Shown here piece after piece: positions 6,096 to 13,459 of a DNA stretch of 13,719 bases. Numbering within the stretch: position 1 is the first letter of the stretch; the number at the start of each line of letters is the position of its first letter. This stretch comes from a virus. The DNA is taken from the IMG/VR virus record IMGVR_UViG_3300045988_070799, positions 1 through 13,719 of that record; one strand, 5' to 3'. The notes beneath the pieces are model-generated. The model worked only from the letters and a program-made list of their open reading frames with translations. It did no database searches and was not told where the DNA came from. The position numbers and the translations under genes are program-made.

Positions 6096-7271
6096 TTGGC
6101 TAACACGTTGACAATTGATAAGATTAGCACCCTGCTTAAAGCAGTTCTAAAGGATGCTACAGGGCAGGATACCGCAGCACTCGACACAAAGCAACTTTTG
6201 ACGCTCGGGCAGAAGACGTTGAAAACGGGCGCTGATCCTGTGATGAACGCAATTTCGCAGATGCTTTCGCGAACAATTTTTTCCAGTCGTCCCTATAAAG
6301 CGAAGTTTGAGGGTATGCGCCTTAGTGATGAGCAGTGGGGGAACTGGGTGCGAAAAATCAAAACAATCGACGACCCGGACGACCTGACCGATAATCCTTA
6401 CTGTGATTTGACAGACGGCCAGAGCGTTGACCAGTACACGATTCATAAGCCGAAGGTTGCGCAGTTTAACTTCTACGGGCAGCAAAGCTACGAATATGAA
6501 AAAACAATTTTTGAAACGCAGCTGAACACGGCGTTCAATTCTGCGGAAGATTTCGGTGCATTTATTTCGATGATTCTTACAAATATGAATAACAAAATCG
6601 AGAAGACGCACGAGGAAACCGCGCGCGCGACCGTTGCGGGGTTTGCCGCTGGCAAGATTGCACAGAAATCCGATGTTATTCATCTGCTGACTGAGTACAA
6701 CACCGTTACAGGGCTGGAATTGACTGCTACAACCGTTATGCAGCCAGCCAACTATAAAGCGTTCACACAGTGGGCGTTTTCTCGGCTTGCTAACCTGTCC
6801 GACATGCTGACAGAATATTCCAGCTTGTATCAGACCAATAGCGCGGATGGTGTATTCCTACAGCACAGCCCGAAGTCCGCACAGCGTGTATATCTTAACT
6901 CCATGTTTATGCATCAAACAAACATGATGGCGCTTGCGGATACGTACCACGACAATTTCCTTCGCATGGCGGGTGATGTTGAATATGTCAATTACTGGCA
7001 GATTATGACCGACCCACAGAAAATCAATGTTGTAAAGCCTCAGTACCTCGCGGCTGACGGCACTATTGCAACGGCGACTGCTGACGTAAAACAGGGGAAC
7101 GTTCTAGGTATTATCTGTGACCGTGACGCATTCGGATATAGCCCGATTCTGACGCGACAGCGTGTCACGCCGCCGAATGCTAAGGGCGAATACTACAACA
7201 TTTTCTGGAAGTATAACGAGAGACACATGGTGGACTTTACCGAAAAGGGAATTGTTATCCTAATGGATTAA
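6096..7271 (+). CDS. Putative major capsid protein (391 aa)
   Basis: The gene follows the scaffold candidate and is followed by a strong hairpin. Its size is typical of small podovirus HK97-fold capsid proteins. The start is TTG, with GGAGG (6082-6086) 9 nt upstream. I recall no diagnostic motif, so the call rests on synteny. Confidence 0.6.
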   Translation: MANTLTIDKISTLLKAVLKDATGQDTAALDTKQLLTLGQKTLKTGADPVMNAISQMLSRTIFSSRPYKAKFEGMRLSDEQWGNWVRKIKTIDDPDDLTDNPYCDLTDGQSVDQYTIHKPKVAQFNFYGQQSYEYEKTIFETQLNTAFNSAEDFGAFISMILTNMNNKIEKTHEETARATVAGFAAGKIAQKSDVIHLLTEYNTVTGLELTATTVMQPANYKAFTQWAFSRLANLSDMLTEYSSLYQTNSADGVFLQHSPKSAQRVYLNSMFMHQTNMMALADTYHDNFLRMAGDVEYVNYWQIMTDPQKINVVKPQYLAADGTIATATADVKQGNVLGIICDRDAFGYSPILTRQRVTPPNAKGEYYNIFWKYNERHMVDFTEKGIVILMD

Positions 7272-7277
7272 CTTAAT

Positions 7278-7360
7278 AGTAATAGCCCTGTATTCGCACA
7301 AAAAAAACAGGCCATAAGGCGCCCAAGTTAATAACATAGCAATACAGGGCTATTACTTTT
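7278..7360 (+). terminator. Long hairpin (17-bp perfect stem, 46-nt loop) plus T-run after the capsid gene; terminator or structured RNA
   Basis: AGTAATAGCCCTGTATT (7278-7294) pairs with AATACAGGGCTATTACT (7341-7357). The stem is followed by TTTT (the last stem T plus 7358-7360). Confidence 0.6.
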
Positions 7361-7430
7361 GAGGCGATTCTGTGCGATTTTCCAGAATATGTTGGTAAAT
7401 AACTTTACCAGAAAATACAGGAGGTGCAAC

Positions 7431-8174
7431 ATGGCAGGAGATAGACAGAGAATGCCCGGCAGCAACATAGTCCCTGCTGTGGACAGCACAGCAGCCCGCT
7501 ATCCCCATTGGTACAAGCCGTTTCGGTTGCCGCAGGAGTGGTATTATAGTATATACGATGATCCATATTTTGACTATCAAGACCACGAGACAGCGAGCGA
7601 AACAAACGGCGTACTTATTGCAACTGGGCTGTATAAAAACGGATGGAAAGTCCCCCAAATAGCGGCGATGCTGGGGAATATGTGCCGGGAATCTACGCTA
7701 AATCCCGCCATATGGCAGGGCGGACACGCCCCAAGCCCTGACCCCAATAATTACAAGCAGAACACGGAAAAGAAATACGGTTTTGGGATTGTGCAGTGGA
7801 CAGGAGCAGATAAATATATAGACTGGGCGATAGAAATATTTGGAACAAATGGGGCATATGCTGGGCTTGATTGTTGGTATAACGGCAGTATCCAGATAGC
7901 GCGCATTATGTACGAGGTGGAGCATAACTATCAGTGGGAGGGCGGCACGATATACCCGGACTTTCAAGATTTTTACTTTACTGATAGTACAGATATTGAG
8001 CAGTTGACAAAAAGTTTTTGTCTTTGCTATGAACGGCCTGCCATTACGGACTGGGAAGAAACAAGCAAATATCGTATTCAATGGGCTAATTATTGGTATG
8101 ATAAATTGCAAAAAATCAATCTGAATAGCTTGCCTGTCTGGTTTATTTGCAAAGCTGCCAATAAATGGAGGTGA
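7431..8174 (+). CDS. Lysozyme-like peptidoglycan hydrolase (phage tail lysozyme type), probably virion-associated
   Basis: The motif MLGNMCRESTLNP ... YGFGIVQWTG matches the GN...ES..NP / G.G..QWT signature of phage tail lysozyme domains. AGGAGG lies 6 nt before ATG 7431. I trimmed the ORF-track start at 7359 because it has no SD. Confidence 0.7.
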   Translation: MAGDRQRMPGSNIVPAVDSTAARYPHWYKPFRLPQEWYYSIYDDPYFDYQDHETASETNGVLIATGLYKNGWKVPQIAAMLGNMCRESTLNPAIWQGGHAPSPDPNNYKQNTEKKYGFGIVQWTGADKYIDWAIEIFGTNGAYAGLDCWYNGSIQIARIMYEVEHNYQWEGGTIYPDFQDFYFTDSTDIEQLTKSFCLCYERPAITDWEETSKYRIQWANYWYDKLQKINLNSLPVWFICKAANKWR

Positions 8175-8178
8175 AAGA

Positions 8179-9630
8179 GTGGAAGCATGGTTCGCCAGAG
8201 TCGGGAAACGCAGAAATTCAACCTACGCGCCATCGGTAACATCTTATGAAGATAGTCTAAAATATGATGTTATTTTGAAGGATAATACAAATGTACAAAA
8301 TCCTGTTATAAGTTTAATCTGGTCAAATAACAGTTATACGCCAGAAAGTGTAAATTATGTATTTATTCCATTGTTTGAGCGCTACTATTTTGTGGAAAAT
8401 GTAACGTTTGAGCGGAACAGAGTATTTTTTGAATTGCGGACGGATGTATTAGCGTCTTTTTGGGGGCAGCTGAAGACGTCAACGCAATATGTTATCAGGT
8501 CTGCAAGCAAGTATAATTCACGCATTATAGATACTTCTTTGCCAATTTTGGCAAAAGGGGAAAAACAAACCTATGAAATAGATGGCACTGGCTATGTATC
8601 AGTTATGTCGGATGGATGGTATGTTGTAGGTATCATCGGGACGGAGGGTAACGCAGTTGGTGCTGTATCGTACTATGTAATGTCACAAACACAATTTACA
8701 TATTTTAGAAGTAAGTTGCTAACTGATTATAGTTATATGGGTGTAAATGCTGCAGAAATTTCGGCGGAACTGTTAAAAGCTATTGTAAATCCTTTCCAAT
8801 ATATCGTATCTTGTAGATGGTATCCTATAAAGCCTCCGACATTAGATACTTTAACAACTGTTAAGGTATCAGGCTGGGAATTGGCGGGCACTTCCGCGCG
8901 TCTGTTATCCTCGTCCACTGTTACAACAAAATCTTTTTACTGTGGCACTGGATATATTCAACAGGATGTATGGAAAAATTGTTATCCATATCGTCAAATA
9001 GCAATAAATCTTGCTCCATGGGGTTATTTTCAGGTCGACACAACTTCACTTACAAAATATGGAGAAAATATAACAATCAGGGCGTATATAGATTTTACAA
9101 CTGGAGGCTCAATCGCTTATTATCTGTGCGGAGCAGAGGCTAACAACTATCATGTTTTAGGAGTGCGAGAAGCCCAATTTGGCGTTGATATTCAGTTGGC
9201 GCAAACTGGATATGGGCAAGACATCATCTCAGTAGCCGGTAATGTCGCAGCTGGTGTAGGCGGTGTCGGCGCTGCGATTTTGGGGGATGCAAAAGCGATA
9301 AGTAGTGTATCTGATAGTATTAACAATATAGTGTCCTCAGTGTCAGACGGCTTTGGATCTGTATCCTCATTTTCGGCAAACGCCTCAATTGCAAAATATG
9401 CAATGCCGCAATATGTAGATGTTGTATATACATATACTGCGGACCAAAATGCCAAAATAAATGGGCGACCTCTCTGTGAAACAGTTAAATTGGAAAATTT
9501 ATCAGGATATACGCTTGTAAATAATCCAGACACTTCAACTATCACTTATTGTTACGGCGCGGAACGTGATGAAATAACACGCTATATGCAAACAGGATTT
9601 TACATAGAGGAGGCAGAAATCAGTGAATAA
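8179..9630 (+). CDS. Tail knob / distal tail tube protein (phi29 gp9-like)
   Basis: The N-terminal block NYVFIPLFERYYFVENVTFERNRVFFELRTDVLASFW is colinear with phi29 gp9 [43 protein letters not shown]. An internal Gly/Ala/Val/Ser-rich hydrophobic segment is present. The start is GTG, with GGAGG 7 nt upstream. Confidence 0.7.
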   Translation: MEAWFARVGKRRNSTYAPSVTSYEDSLKYDVILKDNTNVQNPVISLIWSNNSYTPESVNYVFIPLFERYYFVENVTFERNRVFFELRTDVLASFWGQLKTSTQYVIRSASKYNSRIIDTSLPILAKGEKQTYEIDGTGYVSVMSDGWYVVGIIGTEGNAVGAVSYYVMSQTQFTYFRSKLLTDYSYMGVNAAEISAELLKAIVNPFQYIVSCRWYPIKPPTLDTLTTVKVSGWELAGTSARLLSSSTVTTKSFYCGTGYIQQDVWKNCYPYRQIAINLAPWGYFQVDTTSLTKYGENITIRAYIDFTTGGSIAYYLCGAEANNYHVLGVREAQFGVDIQLAQTGYGQDIISVAGNVAAGVGGVGAAILGDAKAISSVSDSINNIVSSVSDGFGSVSSFSANASIAKYAMPQYVDVVYTYTADQNAKINGRPLCETVKLENLSGYTLVNNPDTSTITYCYGAERDEITRYMQTGFYIEEAEISE

Positions 9631-10546
9631 TCCACCCTTTGATTACAACCGCATAAATGCCTATGAATCGAGTATTTCCCCCTCTACTTGTCACACCAAA
9701 AACACCGCACTTTTCCAATACTATCAACGCTATTTATTCCAGAAACTAACAAGCCAATTTAAATGGAGCCTACCTGAAGGCTGGAGCGATACATATTTTC
9801 TCGGTTGCTTGTACGCATGGGGAAGCGTGGCGATTTTTAACAGTAAGCGTTACGGTGTAATTCCGCAGGCGGGCGCATTGTATGGATACAATGTTTTCTA
9901 TCAACCGACAACCGTGATGATTGCAAATCCCCTTTTGCCACCGATGCGATTGCAAATTGATAAGGATTGCGTTCTTTTCCGGTTGCAACGCGATTATCAC
10001 GGCGCGTTAGACATTGTTAATTATTACGCGGACTTACTTGCGACATCCGTTGAATCGCTTGCAATGAACATTATGAATTCTAAACTTTCCTATGTGTTCG
10101 CGTGCAGTTCTAAAAATGCCGCACAAACTGGCAAAGAATTAATGGACAGGGTAACATCTGGCGAGTTAGCTGTATGGGTGGATAAAGCCCTTTTTAATGA
10201 TGACGGTTCCCCCTCGTGGGCGCCATTCTCACAAAACGTAGGACAAAACTATATCGCGGACAAAATTCTTTCCAACATGAGACAAATTGAAGCAGAATTT
10301 GACACCCGCGTAGGGATTCCGACTTGTAACACCGACAAAAAAGAACGGTTGATTACAGCTGAAGCGGAACGGAACGACGTTGAAACAGACGCAATCGTTG
10401 CGCAATGGTTCGATACCATTCAGGATTGCATTCGCAACGTGCAGAATGCGTTCGGCGTGACAATCACTTGTGAGCGACGTTATCCGATTGAGCATAACAC
10501 AGATGGAGGTGTTAAGATTGAGCGTGATGTTGGCGACAATGTATAA
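9623..10546 (+). CDS. Portal / upper collar connector protein (phi29 gp10-like)
   Basis: The protein is 307 aa, whereas I recall about 309 aa for phi29 gp10. The blocks KKERLITAEAERNDVETDA, FKWSLPEG, GALYGYNVFYQPT and ITCERRY are colinear with gp10 blocks KKERMVTDEVSSNDEQIES, FEWENLPP, GALSGQRDVYNQAT and VKFRY. The start is GTG, with GAGGAGG 9 nt upstream. Confidence 0.85.
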   Translation: MNNPPFDYNRINAYESSISPSTCHTKNTALFQYYQRYLFQKLTSQFKWSLPEGWSDTYFLGCLYAWGSVAIFNSKRYGVIPQAGALYGYNVFYQPTTVMIANPLLPPMRLQIDKDCVLFRLQRDYHGALDIVNYYADLLATSVESLAMNIMNSKLSYVFACSSKNAAQTGKELMDRVTSGELAVWVDKALFNDDGSPSWAPFSQNVGQNYIADKILSNMRQIEAEFDTRVGIPTCNTDKKERLITAEAERNDVETDAIVAQWFDTIQDCIRNVQNAFGVTITCERRYPIEHNTDGGVKIERDVGDNV

Positions 10547-11111
10547 TTTTGACCCCTCTATCTTTGACGGCGTGGAATTTCCTTCTAATATATCGGTGCA
10601 AGATTTCATTGATTCTCTATTGATGCAGTGCGGAGAAATGCCTGTTCTTTATTCATCCCCACCTTTGCTTAAATCGTTAATTCTCGTATGGTCAAAAATT
10701 TCGCAATATAGCTGGGTACACCTCGCTGCAACACTAACGGCGGAATATAATCCAATAGAAAATTATGACAGAATTGAAGAATGGAAGGAAAGCACCATAA
10801 ACAATTCGCGCTATACAAATACTGTAAATAACACTTCCAGCGGCTCAACAAAAGAACAAGTTTACGGTTACAATGATTTACAAAACCCGGCGGACAATAG
10901 CGCAAGCACCAGCGCAAGCACAAGCGCGGATACAAGCGATAGTGCCGGAACTGGCACAAGTTCTGGCACGCGAAACGGGCGCACGCATGGTAACGTCGGT
11001 GTAACCACTACACAGGAAATGCTGGAAAGTGAGCGGCGGGTTGCAATGTTCAACTTCTATGACGCAGTTATTCGGGATTTCCAGAAGCGGTTTTTAATTT
11101 GGGTGTATTAA
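10518..11111 (+). CDS. Candidate lower collar / head-tail adaptor protein (gp11 position)
   Basis: The gene lies directly after the portal gene. The start is ambiguous: TTG 10518 lies 8 nt after GGAGG (10505-10509), and the alternatives are ATG 10527 or ATG 10470. The protein contains an AEYNPIENYD block and a Ser/Thr/Ala-rich low-complexity insert. The function is inferred from synteny only. Confidence 0.4.
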   Translation: MSVMLATMYNFDPSIFDGVEFPSNISVQDFIDSLLMQCGEMPVLYSSPPLLKSLILVWSKISQYSWVHLAATLTAEYNPIENYDRIEEWKESTINNSRYTNTVNNTSSGSTKEQVYGYNDLQNPADNSASTSASTSADTSDSAGTGTSSGTRNGRTHGNVGVTTTQEMLESERRVAMFNFYDAVIRDFQKRFLIWVY

Positions 11112-11127
11112 TAGGAGGTGTAGATAT

Positions 11128-12579
11128 ATGGGTATTTGGGAACAATTCCCGTTTACGAATTTCCACGAACAAAATCTTGACTGGGCTTATAAGTCAATCA
11201 AAGAACTTGATGGAAGAGTTGACACGCTGGAAAAGAGCGGTAATGTAAGCAAAGAATACGTGGACGAACAGGATGCGGCGCTTGACGAAAAAATCAGCGG
11301 CGAACGTTCCGCGCGAACAACCGCAGACCAAGCACTCCAAAATCAGATTACAGCACATACTACAAGTATTAGCGGTCTAAACGGTCGAATGGTGGAAGCT
11401 GAAAAAAACATTGGCGTCAAGCCTTCTGTGCCTAATTTCAGCAGCATTTGGAGCACAATTGGCGAATACAATGCTACACAAGCAATCGGCAGTAAATTGC
11501 TTCAAGTTCAGACGGAGGGCAAAGAAAATCATCGTTCTATTGCAGGAAGTAATGGAGTGTATGATATTACCAAGGGAACTATTCAGGCGCGTTTGAATGT
11601 GATTGAGGATGCGCTGAAACCCGGCTCACTTGTAAAGCAGAACAGCTCAGCGATTATTTCCATTCCATCAAACACTGCAAGAGGTACGCGCTTTAAGCCT
11701 TCGTCAACCGTGCCGAAGTTTGACTTTGCTATTGCAGAACGTGAAACATCCATTGATACTGATGTCGGAACTTCTGATAATATCATTCTGCTGTGTTCGC
11801 CTATTATTGATGCAGCTGGCGTACAATATAATTCGTATGAAGTGGAAGCTAATTGCAAGGGAGACAAAACGCTCGAACATATGCGTGTCCGCGTGCGAAC
11901 GTTTGTATTGGTGGCGGGAGCTTCCGGCGAGCAGTATGCAACAACATCCTATGTAGATGAAAAAACTGATCAGCTGGCAACCGAATTGGGTAACGTAGAA
12001 GCAGAAGTCAAGGATGCATATACCAAAGCGGAAACAGCCGACAACAATGCCTCAATTGCCAAGTCAACCGCAACAACGGCAGCCTCTACTGCTTCTTCTG
12101 CACTGGAAAAAATCGGCACGAAACCGGCAGAATCGAAATATAACACCCTGTGGGATACAATCGGAATCTGGTCGGAAAATGTTCCGATGGCTCTCAGAAT
12201 CAATCCCGCCTTTAATTGGAGTCAGAACAATCGTTCAGCTATCAATGGCACTTCTGATTACCCTACTGATAAAGCGCCTATCAATTCGCGCTTATCCGAT
12301 TTGGAAACAGCTATTGCCAAATTCCAGAATATGCCAAAAATTGCGAGGGGCAACGTTCTGGCATACCAAGACCAAGACACCATTATTGATTATCAGTCGG
12401 CGGGATTTACCGAAATTCCGACCGTGGTTGCGACTTATGCAAACAAGGGGGCGGTTGCGGATAGTGTAACACGCAGTCAGTTGATTTTCGCCAAAACTAC
12501 AAGCTCAGCTAAAATTAGGCTTTCCGGCACGTCGACGCATGAGCAGTTCGCCGTGGACTGGATTGCAGTTGGTGTGTAA
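11128..12579 (+). CDS. Tail fibre / receptor-binding protein with an internal tandem duplication
   Basis: The protein has an N-terminal FTNFHEQNLDWAYKSIKEL motif followed by coiled-coil heptads, which is typical of Firmicute phage fibres. It contains two colinear modules (about aa 43-266 and 274-483). The C-terminus (...FTEIPTVV...FAVDWIAVGV) resembles an H-type-lectin-like knob. It is the last gene of the structural operon. Confidence 0.6.
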   Translation: MGIWEQFPFTNFHEQNLDWAYKSIKELDGRVDTLEKSGNVSKEYVDEQDAALDEKISGERSARTTADQALQNQITAHTTSISGLNGRMVEAEKNIGVKPSVPNFSSIWSTIGEYNATQAIGSKLLQVQTEGKENHRSIAGSNGVYDITKGTIQARLNVIEDALKPGSLVKQNSSAIISIPSNTARGTRFKPSSTVPKFDFAIAERETSIDTDVGTSDNIILLCSPIIDAAGVQYNSYEVEANCKGDKTLEHMRVRVRTFVLVAGASGEQYATTSYVDEKTDQLATELGNVEAEVKDAYTKAETADNNASIAKSTATTAASTASSALEKIGTKPAESKYNTLWDTIGIWSENVPMALRINPAFNWSQNNRSAINGTSDYPTDKAPINSRLSDLETAIAKFQNMPKIARGNVLAYQDQDTIIDYQSAGFTEIPTVVATYANKGAVADSVTRSQLIFAKTTSSAKIRLSGTSTHEQFAVDWIAVGV

Positions 12580-12581
12580 CA

Positions 12582-12611
12582 ATAAAGGGAGGGCATTGCC
12601 CTCCCTTTATT
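12582..12611. terminator. Bidirectional rho-independent terminator between convergent operons
   Basis: The stem pairs AATAAAGGGAGGGC (12582-12594) with GCCCTCCCTTTATT (12598-12611) around a 3-nt loop. The arms are A/T-rich at both distal ends. The right arm contains the stop codon of the minus-strand gene. Confidence 0.85.
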
Positions 12612-12852
12612 CACCCCATGCAGTTAGATGCACGCCCCCACGAAACCTGGTTGCAACCCAGCGATACCCCCCGGCACGGCGGCGGCAATACAGCTTTGCG
12701 CACTGCACTGCGGAATCGCACTCAGTTGCGCCTTTAAGCGCCTTCAATGCCATTTTTCGCGTGTAAAAATGATACCGAAAAACATCCGCCCCATGCGCAA
12801 AAACCTCATGCCCGTCTGCATCGTAACAAACGAGTACATAATTAGTAAGCAT
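12607..12852 (-). CDS. Hypothetical protein (81 aa) with a GC-rich, Arg/Gly/Cys-rich C-terminal half
   Basis: GGGAGGA lies 7 nt upstream of ATG 12852. I trimmed the ORF-track start at 12945. This is the last gene of the right-arm operon. I recognise no domain. Confidence 0.55.
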   Translation of the reverse strand: MLTNYVLVCYDADGHEVFAHGADVFRYHFYTRKMALKALKGATECDSAVQCAKLYCRRRAGGYRWVATRFRGGVHLTAWGE

Positions 12853-13069
12853 CCATCTTCCTCCCTTTATATAATCTCTCATAGATTCGGACTTGTTCAA
12901 CTCCACAAAGCGGCTCATCGATTGAACGCGCCATAAATTCTGCACTGGTTATGCGGTTAACTATGTTGACTCCCTCCAATACTGTCCAATAGTAGTGACG
13001 TCTTGTAAAGGTGCACCCCTTGCGGTGCAAGTCTTCAATTTGAGAATGTGTTAGTCTTGCCTGTTTCAT
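12842..13069 (-). CDS. Hypothetical protein (75 aa)
   Basis: ATG 13069 lies 8 nt after AAGGGG and overlaps the stop of the upstream gene as ATGA. The GTG at 13078 is too close to the SD to be the start. Confidence 0.55.
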   Translation of the reverse strand: MKQARLTHSQIEDLHRKGCTFTRRHYYWTVLEGVNIVNRITSAEFMARSIDEPLCGVEQVRIYERLYKGRKMDAY

Positions 13070-13257
13070 TGTGAACACCCCTTCCTGCGTTCTTTCCGCT
13101 TTGCTATAATTTCAAGGGTGATAGCCCGTGCGATGGCAAGTAGAGCTTCACGTTCATATGAACTGAAACCCTTATAATTTCGATTCGTCAAGTTGCAAAT
13201 CTCAGTTAATGTTTTCGCCCGAAGAAACTGAACCGCCAGAAACCGAAAATCATTCAT
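13066..13257 (-). CDS. Hypothetical protein (63 aa), possible helix-turn-helix
   Basis: The gene overlaps its upstream neighbour by 8 nt (ATGAATGA). The segment KTLTEICNLTNRNYKGFSSYER could form an HTH, but this is weak evidence. Confidence 0.5.
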   Translation of the reverse strand: MNDFRFLAVQFLRAKTLTEICNLTNRNYKGFSSYEREALLAIARAITLEIIAKRKERRKGCSQ

Positions 13258-13456
13258 TCAACACGCCCTCAATTCGTTCAGCCCTGAGTCGCTCAACAAA
13301 CATGTCATAAAGCAGAACTTTTACTTCCGCCTGTGTTAGCTTGTCAATCTTGTAATCATAAAGAACTGCACTAATGATAGCCTCAATTTGAGCCAGCGGA
13401 ATGTGACTATATGCCTTTTGTAACCGTTCACACCATACTTCCATTCTCTCTGACAT
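13250..13456 (-). CDS. Hypothetical protein (68 aa), first gene of the right arm
   Basis: ATG 13456 lies 5 nt after the GGGG core (3 nt after the end) of the ITR-encoded SD AAAGGGGAA. The protein is helical and slightly acidic. I recognise no domain. Confidence 0.6.
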   Translation of the reverse strand: MSERMEVWCERLQKAYSHIPLAQIEAIISAVLYDYKIDKLTQAEVKVLLYDMFVERLRAERIEGVLNE

Positions 13457-13459
13457 TTC

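Noticed and set aside
6147-6683. The 178-aa antisense ORF inside the capsid gene.
   Set aside because: It has no SD and lies wholly antisense to a well-supported CDS. Its Arg/Leu/Cys-rich composition is typical of an antisense artefact.
7359-7430. The upstream extension of the tail lysozyme ORF (ATG 7359 or ATG 7389).
   Set aside because: Neither start has an SD, and the extension overlaps the hairpin and T-run region. ATG 7431 has AGGAGG 6 nt upstream.
7405-12469. Nested or antisense ORFs in the structural module (for example 7353-7658 minus, 7698-8111 minus, 9192-9545 minus, 10229-10609 minus, 11583-11867 minus, 12014-12469 plus).
   Set aside because: They are embedded in or antisense to the lysozyme, knob, portal, collar and fibre genes. 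They have no SDs and their composition is low-complexity or biased.
12611-12760. The GC-rich segment could be a tRNA or another classical RNA gene.
   Set aside because: I could find no T-loop (GTTCRANYC-like) motif or cloverleaf arm arrangement. The segment sits in frame within an SD-preceded ORF.
12539-12936. The plus-strand ORFs 12539-12766 and 12628-12936.
   Set aside because: They lie downstream of or across the bidirectional terminator and have no SD. They are opened by the local GC richness and are antisense to a gene with a strong SD.
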